In this document: in pieces, positions 10,465 through 20,871 of the stretch
How the letters are laid out: each line of letters opens with the position of its first letter
Position numbering within the stretch: position 1 is the first letter of the stretch
NCBI GenBank assembly: GCA_965219685.1
Contig: CBDCOH010000002.1
Coordinates: 3,328,001-3,392,000 of the forward strand
Direction of reading: 5' to 3'
Length of the DNA: 64,000 bases
DNA from: Candidatus Spongiisociaceae bacterium
Lineage (GTDB): Bacteria > Actinomycetota > Acidimicrobiia > Spongiisociales > Spongiisociaceae
The notes under the pieces: model-generated
Database searches by the model: none
What the model saw: only the letters and a program-made list of their open reading frames with translations
Told to the model about the DNA's origin: nothing
Made by a program: the position numbers and the translations under genes

Positions 10465-10542
10465 TATCACTCGAGTCCTTTCGTTTCCTAAAGTCACGTC
10501 TTCTAAGGATTTCGCTTTCGTATGTCCCCTATTCCTCAACCT

Positions 10543-11514
10543 CTATGCACACCTGAGATCGTCGGGGTCCCAGCGGAACGAGGTCGGCGGCTCCCGGGAG
10601 ATGCGCTCCCGCGTGTCCAGCCACATATCCCGCCAGATGGCGGAGTCTTGCACCACGGAAGCCGGATCCGCCCGGCTGCGAGCCACGAAGCTGGGTGCCC
10701 AGTCCCGTCCGGTAGGCGCTCCGACCGGCGAGTAACGCAGGTCGAAGCTCCATCGCAGTTCGTCGCTCAAGTTGGGCAGGGAGGAGTGGACGGTGCGCCG
10801 GTGCATGAACAGGACATCGCCGGGCTCCATCTCGACCGGAACCGCTCCCGGAGGGACCCGTTCCTCCGGGATGTGCAGGCCCTTGGTCTTGGGTGTGTCG
10901 AGGCAGTGCAGGATGAGTTCACCCCGATGGCTCCCCGGCACGACGAGGAGGCACCCTGTCTTGAGTGTGGCTTCGGTCAACGGGATCCAGACCGTGAGGA
11001 TGCCGGTCTCGTCGCCGGCCTCGTGGACCACACTCTGATCCTGGTGCCAGACGGTCCGGGAGATCATGGTGTTGAAGTAGAGATCCTCCGGAACGAGGTG
11101 CTGGGGCGGTTTCATCCGGGCGTGCTGGACTGGATGCACCAGGATCTCGGGCCCGATGAAGGCCTCCACCGCATCGAGGAGGTTCTCGTTGGCCAGCAGA
11201 CCGAACACGGCCGGGCCGAGATGGATGGGTGTGTCGGGCGTGGTACGGGCTCCCGGCAGGCAGATGTCGGTATGCGCGAAGACCTGCCCACGACTCTCGA
11301 CGGCAAGACGGATCACCCGGTCGCCGAGCGGTAGGTCCGAGTAGCGATCCGCCACGACCCCATCCGCCTCCATCCGGGCGGATACATCGTCGATCAGTTG
11401 GTCGTACTCCTCGAACAGCGGGAAGAGATCCCGAGCAGGATCGAGCAGGTTCTGCCAGACCACGTAACCGACATCGTCGAGCACCTGTCTCCGGGTGGTA
11501 ACAGTGACGTTCAC
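10543..11514 (-). CDS. Phytanoyl-CoA dioxygenase family (Fe/2-oxoglutarate) protein
   Basis: WHQD, VWIPL...GCL.VVPGSH, PGDVLFMH...VHSS.PN.S...RWSFDLRY. Confidence 0.9.
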   Translation of the reverse strand: MNVTVTTRRQVLDDVGYVVWQNLLDPARDLFPLFEEYDQLIDDVSARMEADGVVADRYSDLPLGDRVIRLAVESRGQVFAHTDICLPGARTTPDTPIHLGPAVFGLLANENLLDAVEAFIGPEILVHPVQHARMKPPQHLVPEDLYFNTMISRTVWHQDQSVVHEAGDETGILTVWIPLTEATLKTGCLLVVPGSHRGELILHCLDTPKTKGLHIPEERVPPGAVPVEMEPGDVLFMHRRTVHSSLPNLSDELRWSFDLRYSPVGAPTGRDWAPSFVARSRADPASVVQDSAIWRDMWLDTRERISREPPTSFRWDPDDLRCA

Positions 11515-11808
11515 ATGTCCTCCAACAGTGTTCCGGCGCCGTGACGGCAGGCTCTCGCGGCGCCATACGGCGTCCGCCGCGGTCCATGTGGATCGTAATA
11601 GGAAGCGGCAGACACGGGTGGGTATGAGGCTGCGAAAACTGCGCTGATCAAGAGGGTTGACCTTGTCACTGCTTCATCGCACTATGGGTGGCAGCCAAAC
11701 ACCGGTGCGGTCCGAACCCGGCGTCATTCGACCGCCAAGGGATCATCAGGCTCGGAACAACGGCTCCTCTCGGAGACCCCGCCAGGACGCGCTCCGAGCC
11801 CAGGCAAG

Positions 11809-11864
11809 GTGGTGGTTGGGGGAGGGCCCGATGGGTAGGCAGGCAGCGACGTTTTTCGCGACCT
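11809..11864 (+). repeat. Dispersed non-coding repeat family B, copy 1
   Basis: gtggtggttgggggagggcccg...tttcgcgacct aligns with the reverse complement of 28416-28473. Confidence 0.65.
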
Positions 11865-12065
11865 GAGGGGTTCCCTGCCGACGTTCCGTCAGCGGCGGCT
11901 ACGGACGGGTGCGGATCGGGCGGTTTCGGGCCGATCCTGCGTCTTGCGGATCGAAACCATGCGAGCGAGACGGTGGCTCTCCCGCACCCGTCGGGCAAGA
12001 GACCGGAAGCTACACTCCGCCACGGCGGTTCGGCTTCGTAGAGGATCCGGATCGGCTCCGGCCTC

Positions 12066-13577
12066 GTGCCTCCCGAGAGGGTCGCCAACTTGATTCCATC
12101 CTCCACAGCCAGGCATCTCGACTCTCACTTGCAAGACAGGCGCGCCGCCGACGTGCTGGTCGTAGGAGGGGGAACGGCCGGATTCGTCGCGGCCATCGCC
12201 GCCGCTAGGAACGGCGCGAGGACCGTGCTTGCGGAGTACCTCCCGTTCCTGGGGGGCACCCATGGCGGCGGGGCGATGGTCATGGGAACGATCGGGTTCC
12301 GACCCACAGGGGAGAGCAGCCACCGGGTGGAGGCGGAAGGCCAACTGATGGTGGGCGGCATTCCCCTCGAGTACTACGACCGGATGCTGGCGGCGCGGGC
12401 CACGTCGGGGGACCCGGGCGATCCCAGCAATGCCTGGCCGAAGGACCTCGAGATCAGCAAGGTCGTCACCGAGGAAATGGTCACCGAAGCCGGGGCGGAC
12501 ATCTGGTTCATGACGCAACTGGTGGATGTCATCGTCGACGACGGAGCCGTGTTGGGCGCGCTGGTGACCAGGGGGGGCGGGTTGGTCCGTGTCGACACCG
12601 GGATCATCATCGACGCCAGCGGTGACGGAGTCGCCGCGGTCCAGGCCGGCGCCGGATACGAGGTCGGAAGGCCCAGCGACAACAAGGCCGAGGCCGCCAC
12701 CCTCTACTTCGAGATGGCCGGGATCGACCTCGGGCGCCTGCTCGATCATCTGGCGGACCATCCCGAGGACATAAGCCACCATCACCGCGACCGGGGCGTG
12801 TCGGCCACCACCCTGCGGCGGGACTGGGAGGCGGGAGGTCCCTTCGTGGTCCGGCTGGGCGTCAACTACGCCGCTGGGAGGGAGGCCGGGCTGCTTCCCA
12901 CGCCCGTAGGAGCCGAGCACTCCGCCCACACCGATCCCAGCCTGGGGACCTTCTGGATGCACTGGCGGGACGGGCAATGGGTGGCCTCGTCGTTCTCCGT
13001 CAACATGGACACGACCTACGGCCTGGATCCGCGGGATCGGGACGCATACGACGACGCCCTGGTGGCTACACGCCGGTTCGTGCTGGACATGGTGCGCTAC
13101 TACCAGGCCAACGCCCCCGGCTTCGAGAACGCATACCTGCTGAGGTTCGCCACGTTGCTCGGTGTCCGGGAGGGCCCGCGCATCCTCGGCCGGTACCTGC
13201 TCACCGCCGCGGATGTAGCCGCGGCTTCCGACTTCCCCGATGCCGTGGGGCGGTGCGGAGTGAGGGTGGACATCCATCCGGAGGATCCGGGAGGGCGGGA
13301 GTTCCTGCTCACCGATGTGGGCGGGGATCGGGGCTGGTACCAGATCCCCTACCGGGCGCTGGTCGCCGCCGATGTCGACGGCGTGATGATGGCCGGGCGG
13401 AACATCTCGGCGGACCATGTCGCCCACGGATCGGCTCGCCACCAGGTCACCTGTATGATGATCGGCCAGGCAGCAGGTACCGCCGCCGCCATCGCCGCCC
13501 GGCGGGGGGTGCCGCCCCACGACATCGACGTCGCGCTACTCCAGTCCACCTTGCGGCGTCAGGGAGCGATCATATGA
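12066..13577 (+). CDS. FAD-dependent oxidoreductase (FAD_oxidored family)
   Basis: DVLVVGGGTAG..AAIAAARNGA, IDASGDG, GVRE..RI.G.Y, YQIPYRALV, AGRNISADH, GQAAGTAAA. Confidence 0.9.
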   Translation: MPPERVANLIPSSTARHLDSHLQDRRAADVLVVGGGTAGFVAAIAAARNGARTVLAEYLPFLGGTHGGGAMVMGTIGFRPTGESSHRVEAEGQLMVGGIPLEYYDRMLAARATSGDPGDPSNAWPKDLEISKVVTEEMVTEAGADIWFMTQLVDVIVDDGAVLGALVTRGGGLVRVDTGIIIDASGDGVAAVQAGAGYEVGRPSDNKAEAATLYFEMAGIDLGRLLDHLADHPEDISHHHRDRGVSATTLRRDWEAGGPFVVRLGVNYAAGREAGLLPTPVGAEHSAHTDPSLGTFWMHWRDGQWVASSFSVNMDTTYGLDPRDRDAYDDALVATRRFVLDMVRYYQANAPGFENAYLLRFATLLGVREGPRILGRYLLTAADVAAASDFPDAVGRCGVRVDIHPEDPGGREFLLTDVGGDRGWYQIPYRALVAADVDGVMMAGRNISADHVAHGSARHQVTCMMIGQAAGTAAAIAARRGVPPHDIDVALLQSTLRRQGAII

Positions 13578-13608
13578 ACCGTTACAGCAACGGGGACAGG
13601 GAGTCCCG

Positions 13609-14409
13609 GTGCTCGGTGACCTGAGCGGCAGGACCGCGGTCGTGACCGGGGCCGGGGGCGGCCTCGGCCGGGCGATGGCCGTTGCTCTCGCCGATTACGG
13701 CGCCCGCGTAGCCGTGACCGACCTCCACGAGCACCGGGCCAGGGAGACGGCCGACCTCCTGGATGGCGACCCGATGGCGCTCGAAGTGGACGTGACCTCA
13801 CTGGAATGCGTGACCGCGGGCGCCGGCGCCGTGCTCGATGCTCTGGGACCGCCCCATATCCTGATCAACAACGCCGGCATCGCATCCGCCACCGTCGGGA
13901 GGGAGGGCGCTCCCGACCGCGACGAGGACTGGACCGCGGTGCTCCTGGTGAACATCCAGGGCACTGTTCGTTCCTGCGAGGCCTTCCTCCCCGCGATGAA
14001 GGAGAACCGGCGGGGCAAGATAATCAACGTCGGCTCGATGGCCGGCCATGCCGCCCGCCAGATCGGCGGCGCCTACGCCACCAGCAAGGCTGCCATCCTG
14101 CGGTACACCAAGGGTCTGGCCGTCGAGGTCGCGCCCTTCGGGATCAACGTGAACGCCGTCTGCCCCGGTGCTGTCTGGACCCCTCTTCAGGAGCGGGGCA
14201 TCGCCTACCGCCAAAGCCAGGATCCGGAACTCGCCGCCAGGGACCCGTACGAGATCTTCACCGCCAACTACGCCCGGACCATTCCCCTCGGTAGGCCGCA
14301 GACCGCCGAGGAGGTCGCCGCGGCGGTCGTGTTCCTGGCGTCGAGCGCCGCCGACAGCATCACGGGGCAGTGCCTGCACGTCGATGGCGGCGCCATCCTC
14401 CGCGACTGA
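13609..14409 (+). CDS. SDR oxidoreductase
   Basis: TGAGGGLG, NNAG, YATSK, NAVCPG, VDGG. Confidence 0.93.
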   Translation: MLGDLSGRTAVVTGAGGGLGRAMAVALADYGARVAVTDLHEHRARETADLLDGDPMALEVDVTSLECVTAGAGAVLDALGPPHILINNAGIASATVGREGAPDRDEDWTAVLLVNIQGTVRSCEAFLPAMKENRRGKIINVGSMAGHAARQIGGAYATSKAAILRYTKGLAVEVAPFGINVNAVCPGAVWTPLQERGIAYRQSQDPELAARDPYEIFTANYARTIPLGRPQTAEEVAAAVVFLASSAADSITGQCLHVDGGAILRD

Positions 14410-14446
14410 CCATGGGCGGTGGTGCGAACATGGCGCGGGACACCCG

Positions 14447-15568
14447 ATGAGGACGGTCGGTCTCAGGTTCTCCTCCTACCGGTGGCAACGGCCGCGGCCG
14501 ATCCACAACGGCCTGTTCACCTACTCGGAGGCATGTGTCGGCCTCGTCGAGATCGAGACCGACGAGGGCGTCACGGGATTCGGACTGACCACCGATCCGC
14601 TCATCGGCAACGGGAACCTGATCATCTCGGAGACGATCCGCACCCTGGCCCCGGTGATCCTCGGGAAGGACCCGCTCCGCCACGAACTCATCTGGGGCGA
14701 CCTGTGGCGGCCCAAGCTGATCGGGCGACGCGGCCTCACCACCCGGGCGATCAGCGCGGTGGACATAGCCCTGTGGGACATCAAGGCCAAGGTGGCGGGA
14801 CTCCCGCTCCATGTGCTGCTGGGGGGTTTCCAGGACCGCATACCCGGCTACGTCGCCGGTGGCTACTACGAGGAGGGCAAGGGGATCGACGAACTCCAGG
14901 CGGAGGTGTCCGGATACGTGAAGCTCGGCGCCAGAGCGATCAAGATGAAGATCGGGGGCATGCGCATCCGCGAGGACGTGGAGCGGGTGGCCGCGGTCCG
15001 GGACGCTCTGGGTCCCGACATCGATATCCTGCTCGACGCCAACGGCGCGTACACCGTGTTCGACGCCGTCAAGGTCGCCCAGGCCCTCGAGCCGCTCGAC
15101 ATCTTCTGGTTCGAGGAGCCCATCCACCCGGAGGACTACGAGGGCCTGGCCAGGGTGGCCGGGAGCACCACCATCCCGATCGCAGCCGGCGAGAACGAGT
15201 ACACGAAGCACGGCTTCAGGGACCTCATAGAGCGGACGGGCGTGAGCATCCTCAACGCCGATGCCCAGATAATGGGCGGGATCACCGAGTTCATGAAGGT
15301 TGCCGCCTATGCCCAGGCGCACAACATCCCGATCGCCCCGCACGGCCACCCGCACATCCACACACCGCTGGTGGCGGCCATACCCAACGGCCTGGTCATC
15401 GAGTACTACCCGTCGTCCGTGGTGCCGGGAGCGAGCGCCATGCTGCGGAGGACGGTCGGATTCGGCAGCGACGGCTACGTCAGGCCGATGGACGAGGTTG
15501 GCCTCGGGATCGACATCGACCCCGACGTTCCAAGTGATCTGCATTTCGAGATACGGCGTCCGGCCTGA
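14447..15568 (+). CDS. Mandelate racemase/muconate lactonizing enzyme family protein
   Basis: SAVDIALWDIKAK, KMKIG, DANG, FEEP, AGENE, APH; ATG at 14447. Confidence 0.92.
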   Translation: MRTVGLRFSSYRWQRPRPIHNGLFTYSEACVGLVEIETDEGVTGFGLTTDPLIGNGNLIISETIRTLAPVILGKDPLRHELIWGDLWRPKLIGRRGLTTRAISAVDIALWDIKAKVAGLPLHVLLGGFQDRIPGYVAGGYYEEGKGIDELQAEVSGYVKLGARAIKMKIGGMRIREDVERVAAVRDALGPDIDILLDANGAYTVFDAVKVAQALEPLDIFWFEEPIHPEDYEGLARVAGSTTIPIAAGENEYTKHGFRDLIERTGVSILNADAQIMGGITEFMKVAAYAQAHNIPIAPHGHPHIHTPLVAAIPNGLVIEYYPSSVVPGASAMLRRTVGFGSDGYVRPMDEVGLGIDIDPDVPSDLHFEIRRPA

Positions 15569-15605
15569 GAGAGCCGCCCGACCGGATGAAAAATGGGGTG
15601 TGAGC

Positions 15606-16736
15606 ATGGCTGACCGGATCGAACGCATCGAGGTGAGGACCGTCTCGGTCCCCCTGCCGGCGCCCGTGGCCTGGTCCAACGTGAAGGTCACCGAACGCGA
15701 GTACGTACTGGTCTGGATCCGGACGACCGACGGAGGCAGTGGCCTCGGTTTCACCGTCGGTTCCCGTTTCAGGGGCGGCGCGGCCGTGATCCGCTCGGCC
15801 ATAGAGAACGCCCTGGGGCCGGTGATCGTGGGTCGGGATCCGGCGGAGATCGAGCGGCTGTGGGAGGACATGGCGTTCGAGACGTTGCTGCTGGGAGCAC
15901 GGGGAGCTGTGACGCGTGGGCTGTCGGCGGTCGACATCGCCCTGTGGGACCTGCTCGCCAAGCGGGCAGGACTGCGCCTCTGCGACCTCCTGGGCAGGTA
16001 CCGGCTGCGGGTGCCCGCATACGCCAGCGGCGGCTACTACTACCACGACGACCCCGCACGGGACCTCGGGAACCTCGAGGAGGAGGTGCGGCGCCATGTC
16101 GACCTGGGCTTCCGGGCTGTCAAGATCAAGATCGGCCGGCTCCCCATCCGCGACGACCTGAAGCGGGTCGAACGGGTCCTCGAGGCGGTCGGACCGGGAG
16201 TGAAGGTCGCCGTCGACTGCAACCACGCCTGGCCAGACGCGTCCAGCGCCATCCGCGATCTGCGGCTTCTCGACGATCTGGGACTCTGGTGGATCGAGGA
16301 GCCGGTCCTGCCCGACCGCATGAAGGCCTCGGCCCGGATCGCCGCCGAATTGACAACCCCCGTGGCGACCGGGGAGATCGAGGCCGGTCTGGCCTCCTTC
16401 CAGCGCCTGATCGACACCGGCGCCGCGGACATCCTCCAGCCGGACGCCACGGTCGTCGGCGGGGTCACGGAATGGGTGAAGATCGCCCATGCCGCCGAGG
16501 CGCAGGACATCGTGCTGGCCCCCCACTGGGTTCCCGACATCCACGTCCACCTCGGCGCGGCCACACCCAACGTGGAGGTGCTGGAGTACTTCCACGCCGG
16601 CGTGGGGGTGCTCAACTTCGAGACTCTCCTCCAAGAGAAGCTCGGGTTCGAGAACGGCGAGCTGCTGGTGCCTCCGCGCCCCGGACACGGGATAAGGCTC
16701 GATCAGGAAGCGGTAGACAGATTCGAGGTGAAGTGA
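15606..16736 (+). CDS. Second mandelate racemase/MLE family protein
   Basis: SAVDIALWDL, KIKIG, DCNH, IEEP, TGEIE, QPD, APH. Confidence 0.92.
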   Translation: MADRIERIEVRTVSVPLPAPVAWSNVKVTEREYVLVWIRTTDGGSGLGFTVGSRFRGGAAVIRSAIENALGPVIVGRDPAEIERLWEDMAFETLLLGARGAVTRGLSAVDIALWDLLAKRAGLRLCDLLGRYRLRVPAYASGGYYYHDDPARDLGNLEEEVRRHVDLGFRAVKIKIGRLPIRDDLKRVERVLEAVGPGVKVAVDCNHAWPDASSAIRDLRLLDDLGLWWIEEPVLPDRMKASARIAAELTTPVATGEIEAGLASFQRLIDTGAADILQPDATVVGGVTEWVKIAHAAEAQDIVLAPHWVPDIHVHLGAATPNVEVLEYFHAGVGVLNFETLLQEKLGFENGELLVPPRPGHGIRLDQEAVDRFEVK

Positions 16737-17518
16737 TGACAGATTGGGGCTTGACCGGGAGCGTGGCCTTGGTGACCGGCGCCGCCGGCGGCATCGGGCA
16801 GGCCATTGCCGACCGACTCGCCGAGGCAGGCGCTCGGGTCTACGCCAGCGACATGGCACCCGGAGGGGTCGATGTGGGAGGGAGCGGCCTCATCGTCCCC
16901 ATCGAGTTGGACGTGACGGATCGCCGGGCTGTCCGGGGGACGATGGAGCGGATCGTCGACGAGTCCGGGAGACTGGACGTCCTCGTGAACAACGCCGGAC
17001 TGATCAGGGCCGCAGGCCTGTACGAGTTGACCGAAGCCGACTGGGACGTGACGCTGGACGTCAACGCCAAGGGCCTGCTGTTCTGCACGCAGGCGGCCGC
17101 CGAGTTGATGCGCTCCTCCGCAGAGTCCTGCCCTGCGGGACGCTCGATCGTGAACATCGCCTCCACCGCCGGGCGGGACGGGCGCACCATGTCCCCTCCG
17201 TACGCCGCCAGCAAGGCCGCGGTCATCAACATCACCCGCTCCACCGCCCGCATCCTGGCGCCGGACGGCATCCGCGTGAACGCGGTATGCCCCGGTGTGG
17301 TAGACACGGCCTTCAACGCCCGCCTCGGCGAGCAGTTCGCTCCAGCCGAGAAGATGGAGCCGCGGGCGTGGGTCCTGCGGCGGGCGGAGCCGATACCGAT
17401 GGGCCGGTTGGCAGATCCCGACGAGGTGGCAACCGTGGTCCGGTTCCTGGCGTCGTCCCACGCGTCGTACGTGACAGGCCAGTCGCTCAACGTCGACGGC
17501 GGCCTATTGATGAATTGA
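16736..17518 (+). CDS. SDR oxidoreductase
   Basis: TGAAGGIG, NNAG, YAASK, VTGQSLNVDGG; TGATG overlap with the upstream gene. Confidence 0.93.
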   Translation: MTDWGLTGSVALVTGAAGGIGQAIADRLAEAGARVYASDMAPGGVDVGGSGLIVPIELDVTDRRAVRGTMERIVDESGRLDVLVNNAGLIRAAGLYELTEADWDVTLDVNAKGLLFCTQAAAELMRSSAESCPAGRSIVNIASTAGRDGRTMSPPYAASKAAVINITRSTARILAPDGIRVNAVCPGVVDTAFNARLGEQFAPAEKMEPRAWVLRRAEPIPMGRLADPDEVATVVRFLASSHASYVTGQSLNVDGGLLMN

Positions 17519-17573
17519 GGCGCCGGCTGCCCGTCGGTCGTATACCTTCTAGTACCCTTACAGGTTGATTCAG

Positions 17574-17608
17574 ACCACCAACCACCAACCGCCAACCACC
17601 AACCACCA
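17574..17608. repeat. Heptamer tandem array (ACCACCA)x5
   Basis: accacca accacca accgcca accacca accacca, between convergent genes. Confidence 0.9.
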
Positions 17609-17630
17609 TGGTTGCCAGACTGCGATGCTT

Positions 17631-18806
17631 CTATGGCCGCCTACCTGATCCCGCCACCTCACTCGCCAGTTCGAGGACCGTTACGGCTTCAATGTCCTGG
17701 GCGATCCGGTAGCGCTCATCTCCGGGGTAGACAATGAACTTGGATTCGGGACTCACGTCCTGGCAAGCGCTGTGGTAACCCCTGCGGGGGCGCGGGTTGA
17801 GGGAGCGCTTCACCTCGATCGCCCAAGGCCCTCGGCCGGGGAGCGTCAGGATGAGATCGATCTCTGCCCCGCCCGACGAGCGGTAGAAGCTCGCCTCGGC
17901 ACGGTCCGGGGCGACCGACAGGAGCGTCTCGATCACGTATCCCTCCCAACTCGCGCCGACGACCGGGTGGCCGACGATGTCCTCCTTGGAACCCAGGCCG
18001 AGCAGTGCGTGCACGATGCCGCTGTCGCGGACATAGACCTTCGGCGACTTGACCAGACGCTTCCCCACGTTGCGGCGCCATGGCGTGAGGCGTCGCACCA
18101 GTAGAAGGTCCACCATGAGGTCCAGGTTCCGGGAGACCGTCCTGCCGGACACGCCAAGCCCACGGGCCAGGGCAGCCGCGTTGAGGACTCCTCCCTGCGT
18201 GTGCCCCAGCATCACCCAGAAACGCCTGAGGGTCTCGGCCGGAATGCGGGGGCCGAACTGGGGAACGTCTCGTTCGAGGTACGTCCGTATGAAGTTCTCC
18301 CGCCACTCGAGGCTTCTGCGGTCGTCAGCCGCCAGGAAACTGTCGGGGAAACCACCCCGGACCCAAAGCGCATCCTGGTCACTTCGACCGACCTCTAGAA
18401 CGTCGAACGGACCGAGTTCGAGGTAGGCGATGCGGCCGGCCAGGGTCTCGCCGGACTGCCGCAACAGGTCCACGGAGGCGGACCCCAGCAGGAGGAACCG
18501 CCCTGCTCGCCTCCCTCTCCGCCTCCCGCGGTCGATGAGGCCGCGCAGGCTCTGGAAAAGGCCCGGCAGGCGATGGACTTCGTCGAGGATCACCAGCCGG
18601 TCCTCATGATCCGCCAGGTACAACTCGGGATCGGAGAGCCTGGCGAGATCCGTGGGGGACTCCAGGTCGAGATACACCGAGTCCACGACCTCGGCGACTT
18701 CCAGGGCTAGGGTCGTCTTGCCGACCTGCCGCGGTCCTATAAGCGCGACAGCCGGGTAGTCCGCGAGCAGGTCACGGAGCCTTGCGTGCAGGCGACGGGC
18801 GATCAT
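17631..18806 (-). CDS. AAA_14 ATPase with DUF4143 (C-terminal PD-(D/E)xK-like domain)
   Basis: GPRQVGKTT, ILDEVH, LLGS, ETLAGR, RGGFP, KSPKVY..DSG, EIDL...AIEVK. Confidence 0.92.
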   Translation of the reverse strand: MIARRLHARLRDLLADYPAVALIGPRQVGKTTLALEVAEVVDSVYLDLESPTDLARLSDPELYLADHEDRLVILDEVHRLPGLFQSLRGLIDRGRRRGRRAGRFLLLGSASVDLLRQSGETLAGRIAYLELGPFDVLEVGRSDQDALWVRGGFPDSFLAADDRRSLEWRENFIRTYLERDVPQFGPRIPAETLRRFWVMLGHTQGGVLNAAALARGLGVSGRTVSRNLDLMVDLLLVRRLTPWRRNVGKRLVKSPKVYVRDSGIVHALLGLGSKEDIVGHPVVGASWEGYVIETLLSVAPDRAEASFYRSSGGAEIDLILTLPGRGPWAIEVKRSLNPRPRRGYHSACQDVSPESKFIVYPGDERYRIAQDIEAVTVLELASEVAGSGRRP

Positions 18807-18921
18807 CGTTGTAATTATGGACCATCGTGCCGGAATTGCAAGGTTGAAGAGCAACGGCACGCGCGATTGCCGGATACCCGCGACCGGCAGCAGGGCCGAT
18901 CGCGTGCATTACCGTTATCCC

Positions 18922-19680
18922 ATGGAAGGACTCTCCGGAAAGGTAGCCATTGTCACCGGCGCGGCCATGGGGATCGGCGCCCGGATAGTCGAACTTCTCG
19001 TGCAGGCCGGAGCGAGCGTCGTGGCCGGCGACATCGCCTACGGCGCGCTCTATGAGCGGTTAGGCGGTATCGGGAGGAATGTCCGGATCCGTCATGCCGA
19101 CGTCAGGCGGAGGTCGGACTGCGACGCTCTTGCCGCTACGGCGATCAGGCGTCTCGGCCGGGTGGACATCCTGGTGAACAACGCCGGCATCACCAGACGG
19201 GCGCCGCTGGGTGACACCACCGACGAGTTGTGGGACAACGTGCTGCAGACCAACCTGGCCAGCGCCTTCTACATGGCGAGGGCGGTGGTGCCGACCATGC
19301 AGGCCCAAGGAGGTGGCGCGATCGTCAACATCGCATCGATCAACGCCATCCGGGGCAACCTGGAACTCACCGCCTACGGCGCCTCCAAGGGCGGGATGAC
19401 CGGGATGACCCGGGTGATGGCCATGGAACTGGCGCCCGACAACATACGGGTGAACGCCCTCTGCCCCGGGACCGTCGACACGCCGATGAACGACGAGTAC
19501 CTGGCGGCGGTCGAGAGACCGGTGGAGACCATGGAGATGCTGATCGCCAAGCACCCGATGGGTCGCATCGCCACGGCCGACGACGTCGCCTGGGCAGCCC
19601 TGTTCCTCGCCTCGGACATGGCATCGTTCATCACCGGCGTTTCGGTTCCCATCGACGGCGGACGCCACCTGGGCAGATGA
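18922..19680 (+). CDS. SDR oxidoreductase
   Basis: TGAAMGIG, NNAG, YGASK, NALCPG, IDGG. Confidence 0.93.
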   Translation: MEGLSGKVAIVTGAAMGIGARIVELLVQAGASVVAGDIAYGALYERLGGIGRNVRIRHADVRRRSDCDALAATAIRRLGRVDILVNNAGITRRAPLGDTTDELWDNVLQTNLASAFYMARAVVPTMQAQGGGAIVNIASINAIRGNLELTAYGASKGGMTGMTRVMAMELAPDNIRVNALCPGTVDTPMNDEYLAAVERPVETMEMLIAKHPMGRIATADDVAWAALFLASDMASFITGVSVPIDGGRHLGR

Positions 19681-19725
19681 AGGATCGGTGGAACCGCGGC
19701 AGGAGCGGGCGATAGGAGGAAGGCC

Positions 19726-20754
19726 ATGACACGGATGCGGGCCGTCATCTTCGGGGACGACAGGCGAATCCGGCTGGAAGAGGTCCCGGTTCCCGAGGTG
19801 GGACCCGACGACGTGCTGCTGCGCCCCCACTTCTGCGGGATATGCGGCACCGACCTGCACGCTCCCTCCATGACCGCCCCCTTCCGCTCGGGGGTCGTCA
19901 TGGGACACGAGTTCTCGGGGGAGGTGGTGGCGACCGGGGAGCAGGTGCAGGGATGGGAACCCGGCACGCGGGTGGTGGTGAACCCCAACGGGAACCTCTG
20001 CGGGGCGTGCGGGGCCTGCAGGGACGCCATGTTCAACCTGTGCCGCCCGGCCGTGTTCGAGAACGGGATCGGGATCCGCCACGACGGCGGCATGGCGGAG
20101 TACGTGACGGTCGACCCGAAGGTGCTGCATCGCCTACCCGACTCGGTCAGTTCCGAGCAGGGCGCCTTCGTCGAACCGCTGGCCACCGCGATCCGGGCAG
20201 TGCGGCGCTCCCGCTTCCGCCTCGGGGGCTCTGCCGCGGTGATCGGGTCCGGGCCGGTCGGCCTGCTGATGGTCCAAGCCCTCCGGCACGCCGGCGCCTC
20301 GACGATCACAGCAATCGAACTGTCGCCGTTCCGGCGCCAGGCAGCCCTGGACCTCGGAGCCGACTTCGCGCTCGATCCCGAGACAGAGCCACCGCGTGAC
20401 GTGTTCGGGACCGATCTCGAACCGCCCGAATTCGTCTTCGAGTGCTCCGGAGCCCAGGGCACCCTCGAGCTCGCAGTCGACATCGTCCGCTACGGGGGGC
20501 GGGTCGCCCTCACGGGTCTCCCCTCACGCCCAGTCGAGGTGACCGCCACCACGGTGATCGGCAAGGAGGTCGACGTCGTCGGGAGCATCATCTACGTCGA
20601 GGAGTTCCCCCTCGCCATCGACCTTCTGGCCAAGGGAGCCTTCGACATCGAGAGCCTCATCTCCATCGTCCTCCCGATAGCCCGCTTCGACGAAGGCTTC
20701 GAAGCCCTCGCCAACCCCGTTTCGACCCTGAAGGTCCTGCTCCACCCCGGCTGA
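19726..20754 (+). CDS. Zn-dependent medium-chain dehydrogenase (butanediol/sorbitol dehydrogenase-like)
   Basis: CGICGTD, GHEFSG, CGACGAC...C, GSGPVG. Confidence 0.92.
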   Translation: MTRMRAVIFGDDRRIRLEEVPVPEVGPDDVLLRPHFCGICGTDLHAPSMTAPFRSGVVMGHEFSGEVVATGEQVQGWEPGTRVVVNPNGNLCGACGACRDAMFNLCRPAVFENGIGIRHDGGMAEYVTVDPKVLHRLPDSVSSEQGAFVEPLATAIRAVRRSRFRLGGSAAVIGSGPVGLLMVQALRHAGASTITAIELSPFRRQAALDLGADFALDPETEPPRDVFGTDLEPPEFVFECSGAQGTLELAVDIVRYGGRVALTGLPSRPVEVTATTVIGKEVDVVGSIIYVEEFPLAIDLLAKGAFDIESLISIVLPIARFDEGFEALANPVSTLKVLLHPG

Positions 20755-20871
20755 TACGACGATGTGAGCAGATGTGCTAGTGGCGTGGATGCCGGAGGAA
20801 CCCTGGGGCGATGAGTATGGCTCGGGATCGTCACCGCTACGCAGGCGAGAATCGGCCACGCTCCAGGTTCG

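Noticed and set aside
17553-17567. TACCCTT motif before the arrays at 17574 and 37718
   Set aside because: Only a 7-bp match at different spacing; could be chance.
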